64,000 nt of DNA. Source: Antechinus flavipes. Taxonomy: Eukaryota. Location of the stretch: the NCBI RefSeq assembly GCF_016432865.1, contig NC_067402.1, positions 299,522,001 through 299,586,000 of the forward strand, given 5' to 3'. The notes beneath the pieces are model-generated. The model did not search any database and was not told where the DNA came from. It saw nothing but the letters and a program-made list of their open reading frames with translations. Shown in pieces: positions 47,461-59,043 of the stretch. A program made the translations under genes and the position numbers. How positions within the stretch are numbered: position 1 is the stretch's first letter; each line of letters starts with the position of its first letter.

Positions 47461-48087
47461 ATGGCTTTTTGTGTCCATACCTCCATAGGTGATCCAGAGA
47501 GACGCCGAACCAAGATGTATAAGTTGGTGGTGATGGGCACCTGTTCTGTGGGCAAGACTGCACTGATCATGCAGTTTGCTAAGGATCATTTTATGACCGA
47601 ATATGGTCCCACCATCCAAGATTCCTATCGGAAGCACACAGTGGTGGATGAAGAGCAGTGTCACCTGGACATCATGGATACCACAAGCACTGAAGCATTT
47701 TATTGCCTGAGGGATGAGTCCATGCACCGGGGAGAGGGATTCCTCTTAGTTTATGCAGTGAATGACCTCTACTCTTTTGACAATGTGAATATCCTCTGGA
47801 ACCATCTACAGGGAATCAAGGGCAACAACCGTATACCCGTGGTGTTGGTGGCCAACAAAGTAGATGTGACCGACAGGCTGGTGAACCATACAATGGGCCA
47901 GGAGGTGGCCAGGAGCTTCGGGGTCCCTTATGTGGAGACATCAGCCAAGACTGGGCAAGGTGTGGAGCAAGCCTTCCATGACTTGGTCCGAGAAATTTGT
48001 AGGCTGCGAGCTGAGGAGGAGCTTAAGAGTCTCCCTAATACTAAGCAGAAGAAAGTCTGGGAGTTCAAGTTTTGCACTATCCAGTGA
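47461..48087 (+). CDS. Ras-subfamily small GTPase (ERAS-like architecture), copy C; full-length 208 aa with CAAX (CTIQ)
   Basis: Uninterrupted ORF with GTCSVGKT, YGPTIQDSY, DTTS, NKVD, ETSAK and terminal CTIQ*. Confidence 0.92.
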   Translation: MAFCVHTSIGDPERRRTKMYKLVVMGTCSVGKTALIMQFAKDHFMTEYGPTIQDSYRKHTVVDEEQCHLDIMDTTSTEAFYCLRDESMHRGEGFLLVYAVNDLYSFDNVNILWNHLQGIKGNNRIPVVLVANKVDVTDRLVNHTMGQEVARSFGVPYVETSAKTGQGVEQAFHDLVREICRLRAEEELKSLPNTKQKKVWEFKFCTIQ

Positions 48088-49205
48088 GCAGGTACACCCT
48101 TATCCTGATCCTGCCCCCTAATTACTCTCTCACCTGGCCTAGAATACCCCCAAATCCCCTGGCCACTCCCCAGCCTTTAAGACCTTCATCTGGACCCTTC
48201 CTTCTGCCTGCTCTTCACTGCCAAGACCTTTTCCCCAATTTCAGGATTTCTCCAGGAATCTCTTAGTGGGAGGGAGGGAGGGCTGCGTTTCTCCCTTAAG
48301 GCCTTTTTGGATTTTTGCTTTTGTTTCCCCTTTTGAGCAGGAATGACTTCCTCAGTGCTTGGGTATTCTCACCAGGCAAGAAAAGACTCCATTTCTACTT
48401 GAGTGGGCAGCCTCCCTCTGCCTCTCAGGCTGCCAGAGGCCCCAGAGACAGCCAGCTCCCTGGCTGCTTTCTCTACAACCTGGTTCTCATCTTCTGCAGC
48501 CTCCTGTGTCTTCCTGGAGGCTGTGTGTGGGATTTTCTTTATTGGGCTTTCCCCTCCTCCCCCAAGAGAAACCTTGCCTCCAGAGACCAGGGCAAAGTGA
48601 TTCTCCCTCCTACCTCTGGATTTTGTTATTTGTTGTCTGGAGTCAGGTCACCACCCCTGTCGTGGCCCAGAAGATCTTGTTTGTGGTGATGGTGAGCAGC
48701 CCTGCTCTGAAGTGGTCCCCATTCAGTGACCCTCAAGACTAGACTGGGAGGATATGGGTAGGGTTTTTTTTTTGGTTACTTACATTGAGCGTGTTTATTC
48801 TCAACTTGGTTTTCATCTGGAGCACTTTGGATAGCAGCGAGGGGTTGGGGTGGAATGGGGCTGCCTCCTACCAGCAGGATGCCTCTAGATTTAAGTGCCA
48901 TTAATATTATTATTTCTGTTTTAGTAGCCAGATACACCCCTTTAGACATTGCAAGTTGAATTACTTTAATTGCCTCCAAGAGAAGTGGAGTGGAGGGGCC
49001 TGGCTGTAAATGTTCTGAGCAGATACTTCACAGGTGCAGTTCAGGTCTGCTTAGGAACCTTCAGACAGGGACATCTTCGTATTATCTCAGGAGTTCTGGT
49101 GAAAAGGGCAGTGGGTGATTCTCCTGATTCAGTATCAATGATTTTAAAGCTACTTGTTTGGCTTTTGTTGGGTTGATGATTTTTCTTTTTCTAGGATTTC
49201 TTATA

Positions 49206-49211
49206 AATAAA
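49206..49211 (+). terminator. Polyadenylation signal of Ras-like gene C
   Basis: AATAAA followed by gttgtttgtttataagtgtgtttctgg. Confidence 0.6.
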
Positions 49212-49699
49212 GTTGTTTGTTTATAAGTGTGTTTCTGGTAGTTTCTCATGGGTTGATATGTTTGGGGTAGGAATCATATGAGGGCAGTATGACCTACTGG
49301 GGAGAGAGCTGGGTTTGGGAGTGAGGAAGGCATGGGTGTTGTAACTGTGGGACCTTGGGTTTCAGTTTTCTCACCAGTAAAATGTGGGGGAGGAGAAGGG
49401 GAGGGTTGGTCTAGACTCTCAGGTTTCACTTAACTCTACCACTAGAGTGGGTCTAAGTCCATGAAGCTCAGCTCAATGAGATGATAGTGATCCCTAGAAA
49501 TAGTTTTATCTATTATCTGGCCATCATGTATCATAATATTTATCTCTGAATCTCTCATCTCTATATTAACTAATCATCTCTATTAATGTCATCTCTCATT
49601 TATTATAGCTCAGTTTTTTATCACCTACTGTCTCTCATCTTTTTATGTAGTTTTCATTCCTCTCTCCACGTTCTTCCAGGGCACCTCATTTTTAGATTA

Positions 49700-51700
49700 A
49701 AAATCAAAAATACTCATTTTGCATTTCATAATGTTCTCTAATTCTTTGTCCAAAATATCCTCCCTTCTCCAACGATCTGACAAGGTAGACTATTTTTTAA
49801 GCTAATTCGCCTATAATATCTCTCTTTACGTCTAAACCATGAACCCCTTTTAACCTTATGTTGGTATAGGGTGTTATATATTAGTCAATGCCTAGCTTCT
49901 GCCATAGTATTTTCCAATTTTCCTAGCCATTTTTTGTCAAATAGAGAGTTCTCATTCCAGAAACTGGTGTCTTTGAGTTTAATTAAACACTTGATCACTA
50001 TTAGTCATTGTCCATTGTGTCTTGTATGACTTCATCTCTTCCACTGATTCTCTACTCTTAGAACACCAAATGATTCTGAAGACTGCCTCTTAATAAATAT
50101 GGGATTAGGCCCGGTATGGCTAGGCCACCTTCCCTTTTAGCATTTGTTTTACAAGATTTTGAATTCCCAAGTTTTCTCCCTCCTTCCTTCCTCTCCCCTC
50201 TTCTAAAGAAGAGATGTAGTTTGATCTCGTTTATACCTGAGTTATCAGGTAAGACACAATTCCACATTAGTCACAGTGTGAAAGAAGAACCTGATTAAAA
50301 GGAAAAAATGAGAAAAGAAAAACAACGCTTTGATCTGCATTCAGAGTCTGTCAGTTCTTTATCAGGATATGGATAGCATTTTCCTCCATGAGTTCTTTGC
50401 AGTTGTCTTAGATCATTCTGTTGCAGAGAAGAGCAGAATTTCTCATAATTGATCATACAATGTTGCTGATGCTGTGCACAGTGTTTTCCTGATTCTGCTC
50501 ATTTCACTTTGTATGCGTTTGTACAAGTCTTTCCAGGTTTTTCTGAAATCTGCCTGTTCATTTCATAGTGTACAATAATATTCCTTTATATTCTTATACC
50601 ACAGCTTATTCAGCCATTCCCCAATTGTTGGGCTTCCCCGCAGTTTCCAATATTTTGCCACCCTGAAAAGGACTCCTATAAATATTTTTGCATATTCACA
50701 TATATGTTTATGTATTTGTATCATTTCCTTTTTGCATGATCTCTTTGGGATACAGACCTAGTAGTGGTTTTGCCCAGTCAATGTGTATGCACTATCTGGT
50801 TGCCCTTTGGGCCTAGTTCCAACTATCTCTGAGAATGGTTGGATCAGTTCAGGACTCCAACAATGCCTTAGGTGTTTCAATTTTTCCTGTCTTCAACATT
50901 TATCACTTAACTTTTTTTTTTTTCTTATTGGCCAATCTGATTAGGTGTGAGGTGGTATCTCAGAGTTGTTTTAATTTGCATTTCTCTGATCAAGTGATTT
51001 GGAGCACTTTTCCACATGTCCAGAGAAAGCTGTGATTATTTCATCTGAAATCTGCCTGCTCATATCCTTTATCTAGGGGAAAATAATTTTTTATTCTTAT
51101 AAATTTTACTTATATTTTATAAATGAGGCCTTTAATAGAGATATTTGCTCTAATGATTGTTTTCTAGCTTTTTGCTTTCTTCTAGTCTTGGTAGCATTTG
51201 GTTTGCTTTGTATAAAAGCTTTTAAAATTTAATTTAATCAAGATGATCTTTTTGCATTTTGTGATGTTCTCTCTATTTGATCAAAAATATCTCCTCTTCC
51301 CATAGGTTTGATAGATAGACTATTCTTTGCTCTATTCTAATTTGCTTATGATTCCCTTTTATCTCTAACTCATGTAGCCATTCAGACTGTGTCTTAATAT
51401 AAAGTAAGAGATACTGGTCTATACATAACTTTGTATCCAATCTCCCCCTCCCCCAGTTTCCCAGTTTTTCTGAAATAGTTCTTATCCCAGAAGTCTTTGG
51501 GTTTATCAAACAATAGATTACTATAGTCTTTGACTATTTATCTTATGTACCTAATTTCTTTCATTGATTCACTATTTCTTTGCCAGTACCAGATGGCTTT
51601 GATGGTTACTGCTTTATACTGTACTTTTAGATCTGATATTGCTAGACTACCTTCTTTTGTTATTTTGTCCCCATTATTTCCCTTGATATTCTTAACCTTT
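49700..51700 (-). mobile_element. LINE-1 ORF2/3' UTR fragments, antisense
   Basis: Paralogous to 16080-17220 and 1-1740. Typical antisense L1 text (cagccattccccaattgttgggc..., ggtgtgaggtggtatctcagagttg). Confidence 0.85.
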
Positions 51701-52000
51701 TTTTTTTCATCCCGATGAGTTTTTTTTTTTTTAAACTTCTCTTAGATTTTTTTGGTAGTTTGATGGACACGGCCCTGAATAAGTAAATCAAACAGAATGT
51801 ATTTAAAATCAAGAGCTAATATTATATATAATGGAGATAACGACAACCTTTTCCCATAAATTTAGGGTGAAACAATGTTGTTCATTGTCACCAGTTCTGT
51901 TTGATACGGTATGACAAATTTTGACTGGCGCTAATATTAGGTGCTTAGTAAATATTTGACAGATTTTTATTGAAATCCCAAGATGTATCTCTTTGAATAT

Positions 52001-52570
52001 GAGGTCTTCCCACCTTCAAATCCAAGTCCCTGGGTGAGGAAATTTCTCCGGACATCAGCAGGGGTCACTGCAGACTGGCCGAGGGCCCAGGCCTGGAAGC
52101 CCCGCCCTTCGGACGGCTCTCGCCACGAAGCAGATCAGCACTCTGGACAGCTCCTCCAAACGCCCGCACTAACTGGGCGCGGCAGAGAGGAGAAAACTGG
52201 CGGACGGGATGCAGCTGTCTCAAGTTCAGATCAAAACCAGCGTCCAAAGTCGCCGCAAGAGGCTGAAATTGCAGGACTGGGACCCCCCGACCCCCTTCAG
52301 ACTTCCCCCTCCACTTTTACAGCCCCCTGCCCAGTGCTCGGTACCACTGCCGCCGGGGGCCTGCAGTACGTGTACCCTGGTTGGCCGCAGCTCCGGGGCC
52401 CGAGCTTGCCAGGAACCTTTTGCCGCTGCCCTGGTTCTCCCCCTCTGTCCCCACTGCCCTTTCCCCGGCTCCTGCAAAGTTGCCCCTCCCACCATCGCGC
52501 CGGTGCTGGCTCGTCTGCTAAGCGGCTGTCCGGACCAGGCCTCCTTCCTGGGGGCGATGAGACTTTAGAG
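52001..52570 (+). pseudogene. VENTX: 5'-truncated VENTX-like homeobox pseudogene, copy D
   Basis: LRTALATKQISTLDSSSKRPH*LGAAERRKLADGMQLSQVQIKTSVQSRRKRLK, with the shared TAA at 52170-52172. Paralogy with the intergenic spacer continues to ~54500 but stops before a Ras gene. Confidence 0.83.
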
Positions 52571-55222
52571 GCCTATAAGCCTCCCTGGTGAGCCTGACTG
52601 GTACTGAGATAGGAGAGAGAAAAAGGAAGCAAGAGACAGATCCCTCCGAGAGAAAGTCTAATTTGGGAGACTTCAGGAAATAATAGTCTGCTCTGTCTTC
52701 TGCCCCATGGAAGTACTCCATACATGAACTTGCACATATTTGTGAAATTATTTGAAGTAGATTATGAACAGAGAATTTTTTATAGATAGAATAAATTTGG
52801 TTTTTAAATAAATAAATAAAAGAATAGCTTCTACAACTGTAAAAATGCTTTTTCTTTTTTCCTTTCATCCCTGCCCTTCAATGGGGAACCTCTTCCTATC
52901 TTGAGAATAAATCTTGCCAGTTACATTCCTAATGTTTCCTTTTCTCCCTTGGCTGATTCCCTTCTTTTTCTTCTCCTCCCTTCCCTCTAAAGTGCTTTCC
53001 TGGTCTGCCCCAAATCCCTACAGAATATTGTTATTTGACTGTGTACTCTAAACTGGCTTGAAATTTAGAGAAGCACTGAATCTATATCCCAAGAACCTGA
53101 ATCTGCTCTGACAAGTAGCACCACTATCCTGCCCCGTTATATTCTATATAGGAGGCCCTGGTCACAAAGGTCACAAAGATGTGAAAGAGGAGAGAAGAGG
53201 AGGCAAATGGAGAGTGGCCTTAACTTTTTTTTTTTTTTTTTTTTTTTTTGCAAAAATGAGGTATGAAGTTCTTAGTTGAGAGAGTTGAGGGAGGGAAGCA
53301 ATGAAAGGGTTGAGGAGGGGTGAGCAGGTTTTGGAGATCTGTTGTGGAGAGTGGAAGAGTGAGCCAATGAGGGTGATCTATATTCTTGGAGTCTCAGAGG
53401 AGAGTTGAGTGTCAGGTGGATCCCAAGGGTATCCAAGGAGGATGAGCATCTCTGGTGTGAGGGCTGGCCAAAGTGTTCTGAGTACATTCATAGTGTGACA
53501 CCTCTAACATCAAACTTTTTAGTGAGTCATTAGGTTGAGACAATGAAAACAATTGGCAAAGTGCTCTGGAAAAGTCAAAGGTGCCTCAATGAGCCTCAAT
53601 GGTGGTTTTTCCCAGCAAACCATGGTCTGGACTTTGTCTAAGGGGCCTCTCCCTCTCCCAGAGGCCGGCTCTCTATTATCCAACCTATGTGTGGCCTGGC
53701 CATCCAGGATTTATATAAACAGATTTGTTCATCCACAAAAGGATCCCTGAGTTAGGGTGCAGGCAGGTCATGGACCGCCTCTGATGTTTTAGGGTAAAAC
53801 AATTCCCTGCCGTGTGCAGGGAATATAGCAGAAAGCCCCAGACAGTTGGAGCACATAACCCACATGGTGCTCCATAAACAATCTGCTCCTTCAGAAAAAG
53901 AGAGAGAAGAAGTGAAGGGGGGGGGGAGGAAAGTGGGGGTGGGGCAAGAGAAGAGAAACACCTAGCAAAGGGAGAGAGAAGATGTAAACGAGAAAAAGGA
54001 GGTATTTCTCCTTGGAAACTATGTTAGCAACTGTGCCCTCCTTGAAGTCTTTATGGAAATTGCTACAGTGCCAGAGGGCACTGGATTTGAGCCTCCAAGA
54101 AAAATAGCTGGCTTGGGAAATTCTGCGACAAGCCCCAGGATCTTGGGTTTCTTTTTATCAATCAAGCTTGGAGGGCAAGAAGAGCCTGAAGGGTGAAGGT
54201 GTCCCATCCCCGGATCTCAAGCAGGTCTGCAAAGTTCTCTGAGATCTTTCCAATCCTGAAGTCCGAGCTAGATTTCTAAGCCTTGAATGGGGGTGTTAAA
54301 GAGCCATTACTGAAATTATTTGATGCTAATTCAGAAAGGAAACAGCTTGGAAGAGGAAAGATCAGGAATAATCACTCAAAGCAATGGTGGATAAATCTGT
54401 GAACTTAATTCCTGGTAGGAGAAGGCTGTAATTCTCTGGAATGGTCAAAGATTGGAAAATGGAAAGCATTTTGGCAGAAATTAGGTTTAGACCAACAATT
54501 TATACCACAATCCACAATCCACAACAAGTTCCAAATGATGAAAACATTAAGTTACACCATTCAAAAAATAGAATCACATTAGTAAATTTTTTTTTGGTTG
54601 AGGTGGGGATCTAAAGTGTACATTCAGGACATGTTGACAACTTGGTGATGTGTTGGTTGGTTTTAATGAACTATATTTCCCCTTTTTTGAGTAAATGAAA
54701 GGATAGTGTGCTGTGTAAGGAAATGGGGGAGGCTGCTGTATGAGAGTGATATGAAAACATAAGATAGAGATTTTATAGGAAACTTAAAAGGAATGTGTTC
54801 CAATACCCTAGTTTTCCACAAGGAAAGTTAAGGATGGTTGAATGAGTGAAGCCTTTTAAGGTTCTGGTAAAGTGAAGAGACCCATGGCCCTGGAAATGAT
54901 TTAATCGGCCCAGAGAAAAAAGATCAGCACCTCTGCTTATTACGGATTAAAAAAAGGAAGATAGAGGAAAAAATGCTTTAAAAGGCAGTACTTTCAATAA
55001 CCCCAAATCATTCCACTTTCTTCTAAGGAGGCACTTAAAAATTCTTATAACTTCAGCCCTTTTCTGTTGGCACATTTAAAAGAAAGCCCTCTCAACACAG
55101 CATTTTCATTCTTTTTGTTGTTGTTGTTTGCTTTCATTTTATTGTTTCTCTCTCTCTTTTTTTTACTGGTTTGATTTGATTATTCTTGTGTGGCACAATA
55201 ATTGTATAAATATGTATAGCTA

Positions 55223-55363
55223 GGGGCAGCTAAGTGCTGCAATGGGTAGAGCACCAGTTCTGAAGTCAAGCGGACCTGAGTTCAGATCTGGCCTCAGATA
55301 CTTGCAGTTAAACACCTTCTAGCTGTGTGATCCTGGGCCAGTTACTTAATCTCAATTGCCTCA
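55223..55363 (+). mobile_element. Marsupial CORE SINE (WSINE1-like)
   Basis: GGGGCAGCTAAGTG...GGACCTGAGTTCAGATCTGGCCTCAGATACTT...CTAGCTGTGTGATCCTGGGC. Followed by a (TA)/(TG) microsatellite. Confidence 0.85.
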
Positions 55364-55519
55364 TTTCTCTCTCTATATATATGTATGTGTGTGTGTGTGT
55401 GTATACATATATGCATATGAGGAAGCTGAGGCTGAAAGCAGTTAAGTAATTTGTCCAAAGGAAATGTGAAGGGCAGAACCGAGCCCTACTCTTCTCGACT
55501 CCAAATCTGGGCCTCTAAC

Positions 55520-56018
55520 TGTTATGCCACAATTCCCTTTTATTATCCTAACTCAGTTTCCCTAAATTGTCCTGCCTTGGTTTCCCTGAATTGTGTTGCC
55601 GCAGTTCCTAATTGTTCTGCTCAATCCTGCAGGACCACCCCTGCCTCCTAATCATCATGATCCAGATAAGGAGAAAGAGCTTCTATTTTAGACATCATGA
55701 CCCCAGCCCTTCCCAACTTATCAGAATGCCTGGTGCCTCCCCCAACCCTGTCAGAACCGGATTGATGGTCTGCTCGTTCCCACTCTCAGTGCTCTGACTC
55801 TGCCCCTGCCTCAGTCTACCCCTTGGTAGCTTGGAGCCTCACGCATATATATGTCATTGAGAACTCACATCGGTGCTGGATTCTGGGAGACGATAGTGTC
55901 ATTCAGCCCTGGGACCCATTCAGACCATGGGTCCGTTTGGTCCCAATAAATCTCTCCCTTTCAGACAAAATATGAAAAACTCTAATCTGGATCTTGTCTC
56001 AGTTTCTCCGGCATTGCA
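55520..56018 (+). mobile_element. ERV 5' LTR followed by a primer-binding site and leader
   Basis: TGTTATGCCAC...GGCATTGCA termini. TATA-like run near 55846 and AATAAA near 55945. TGGAGGCTTCCTAGCGAGAT at 56021-56040 resembles a tRNA-Thr PBS (TGGAGGCCCCAGCGAGAT). Confidence 0.8.
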
Positions 56019-56405
56019 TGTGGAGGCTTCCTAGCGAGATAGCAGAAATGAGAGCAGGATTTAGAGACCTTCGGGGCTCCGCCTGAGGCGGTCGAGGATC
56101 CGGGTCCTTGGCCCTCTGGATTTCTCCAGAGTCTCTGGGAAGGAGAGCAGTTTTCAGCGGCAGCCACGCCTGACGATGGACGCTCCATTCGGCCACAGGA
56201 GAGTAAGTCTGGATGTCTGTGGGGAGCCGCAATCTCTAAGCGGATTAGCAAAGCCCAGCACTGAGATCAGATGTGCACAGCACTCAGGCAGGAACAACAT
56301 CTCCTTCTATGATTCTCATTAGTGGGCTGCTATTTCCGATATTATTTATAATTGGCTTGATTATAGCACTAAACATGATTTAAAAAAAATCTGGTGACCA
56401 GAGTC

Positions 56406-56995
56406 GGAGAGACAGAGAGAGAAGCAGAGAGAAAGAAACAGAGACAAAGAGAGAAAGAAACAGAGACAGAGATAGAGAAAGAAACAGAGGGACACACAGA
56501 GAGAAGCAGAGACAGAGAAAGAAACAGAGAGAGGGACAGAGAGAAAGAAACAGAGACAAAGAGAGTAAGAAGAAGAGACAGAGAAAGAAACAGAAAGAGG
56601 GACACAGAGAGAGAAAGAAACAGAGACAAAGAGAGAAAGAAGCAGAGACAGAGATAGAGAAAGAAATAGAGGGACACACAGAGAAGCAGAGACAGAGAAA
56701 GAAACAGAGAGAGGGACACACAGAGAGAAACAGAGACAAAGAGAGAAAGAAGCAGAGACAGAGATAGAGAAAGAAATAGAGGGACACACAGAGAGAAGCA
56801 GAGACAGAGAAAGAAACAGAGACAGACAAAGAAACAGAGACAGACAAAGAGAGAAAGAGATAGAGACACAGACAGAGAGAGAGAAAGAAACAGAAACAAA
56901 AAGAGGAGCAGAGACAGAAAGAAACAGAGACAGAGAGACAGACAGAGAGAGACAGAGAAACAGACAGACAAAGAGAGAGAAAGAGACAGAGCAAG
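56406..56995. repeat. Purine-rich compound tandem repeat (AGAGAC/AGAAAGAAAC units)
   Basis: About 590 bp almost free of T on the + strand, with recurring ~18-nt AGAGACAGAGAAAGAAAC units and higher-order blocks. Confidence 0.92.
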
Positions 56996-57489
56996 CAAAC
57001 AAGAAGTTAGCAAAGAACCAGGAGCAGGAAAATAAATTTAGAGAGAAAAGTTGAGAAATTAGGTGCTTGAAGTCAGTGATATGCTCATTTTTATGGCTTG
57101 GAGATAGAGTTGAGGAGTGGTCTGACTGACTTTGTGCCCAGATGCAGTGTCCATAGTTCTCTGGGCAGAGCTGAAGGGGGGAATGTGTGTGAGATGGGGA
57201 GAATCTTCCAGAGGCAAGTTGTTAGTGGCAGATGCCCGATTCTGATCTGCGCCTGCAGCCTTAGCATCCTGCTCACATCCGGTAAATGGGGCAGCATGGC
57301 CTAAGGGAAGAAATCCAGCACTTCTAACAACACCACTCCCACGGCCAGGTGGATTTAGGCTTATCGTTACTTTCTTCCTAAGGGCTGCACCCACAGCACT
57401 CTTAACTCTCCTACCTGGATTTTATATTTTAGTTTTCTGTCAACTTTCTTTAAGTTGAAAATAAAAAACCAAGCAAACAGAAAGTTAAG

Positions 57490-57700
57490 CTAGAGGCAGT
57501 GTGCTCCTTTAGGGGATTTGGATTCAGAAAGATGTGAATTTGGTCCCTCCATAGAGGTTTTTATTTAGGTAATCCTAGGTGAATCACAATCTCTCCTCCT
57601 CATTTTCCTCCACTATAAAATGAGAGAGAGAGCAGTCTCTATCATAGGATTGTTGTGAGGATCATATGAGGTGAGGTATGAAAACTTATTTACATACCCT
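57490..57700 (+). mobile_element. MIR-like SINE remnant
   Basis: ...cctcattttcctccactataaaatgag...ataggattgttgtgaggatcatatgag... matches the MIR core. Confidence 0.55.
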
Positions 57701-58489
57701 AAACCCATACATAAATACGATTTATTCTTATCACTTCACATCTGTAAACATCCTGGGCTCTGATAGGCGACCCCTCCCCTCTGGCTTTCTTTTATCCCCA
57801 AGCAGGCCCCACCTCATTTCCGGGCCACAAGCTCCAAGCCAAGCTGTTTCTTCCTCCCTGCCCTTTTCCAGCTCCCTTTTCTGTGTTATCTTGCCTTCAT
57901 TAGAATGTAAACTCATTGAGGATAGGAACCCTCTGGCTTCCTTGCTTGTGTATACCCAGGGCGGTTTTCAGAACCTAATAGGCATGTAATAAATAACACT
58001 ATTCATCTCTGTTAACAGTTGAGGGAAAATCATCTGTAATTATTACTGCAATTTTATTTCTCAAGCCAAAGCAGTGATTTTAACAGGTGATATTTATGAG
58101 CTGATGATCTACAGTACAAATGATGATGAGTTTTCACATTTTGATTTAATTAAAAGTCAATAACCTAACCTGTTGCTTTAGGAAGATGATCTTCTCAGAA
58201 GCCTTAGGAGGGGAGGGCTGCATTTTAGTGGAGGGAAGGACAAGGTGGCAGACGCTGAGTGACCTTGCCTGGAGCCACACAGGCAGCACTTAGAATTCTG
58301 GCCTTAACTCCAAATCTAACTAGCTATTGATTAATAATCAAAGACTATCATTTCTTCTCTGTAAGAAGGTCTGTTTTGCCCTGGGACTTGCTCTTGTGTA
58401 ACCTTCATGCTTCCCTTTGCTCAGCATAAAACGAGGTGCTTGGACTTCCCAGAGTCTTTCTAGCTTGAGCTCCAGATCTCTATCACATT

Positions 58490-59043
58490 AATAATGTGCC
58501 ACAGTTCTCTTTTATTGTCCTCAGTTTCTCTAATTGTCCTGACTCAATTTCCCTAAATTCTAACTCAGTTTCCTTAACTGTTCTGCCTCAGTCCCCTTAG
58601 TAGTAACCCCTCAGTTCATTAAGACTAAGGACCATTTGCTCTAAGGTTATATATAAATTATCAATGTGAGATTCAAAATGAGGGGGAGATCAGACTTCCT
58701 GGCTCCAAACTCCTTCTGTCCTCAAGAATTTATGGCACTACCCCCTCTATCTGGGATACTTCATTGACATCTTTACTTCCGTTTATTCAGACATCCTGAC
58801 TCTGGCTTCTAGTAAGAATTTATAGCTCCCCCCCACCCCCCATCGTGACAGAACCAAATGGTTCTGAAAAACTTCCTGCTCTTTTCTTTCTTTGTTTGAA
58901 AAAGATATAAAAAGATTTGGGATTCTCACATTCGTCATTGGGTACTTTGAGACTAGAGTCCTGTCCAGTCAATTATACTCTCCAATTAATAAAATATTAA
59001 AAGCTCTCCAATCTCTATCTTGCCTCAGTTTCTCCAGCAGTAA
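58490..59043 (+). mobile_element. Solo ERV LTR of the same family as 3889-4510
   Basis: GTGCCACAGTTCTC near the start and AATAAAATATTAAAAGCTCTCCAATCTCTATCTTGCCTCAGTTTCTCC near the end match the reverse complement of the 3889 LTR termini. Confidence 0.75.

Noticed and set aside
56361-57013. Three overlapping ~210-aa minus-strand ORFs rich in Leu/Ser/Phe/Cys
   Set aside because: They are artefacts of the pyrimidine-rich strand of the AG repeat, which can hardly encode stop codons.
55520-59043. A single provirus bounded by the LTRs at 55520 and ~58490
   Set aside because: The two LTRs share terminal motifs but differ in length and internal sequence. No matching TSD was found, and the interval contains an old MIR and no retroviral ORF.
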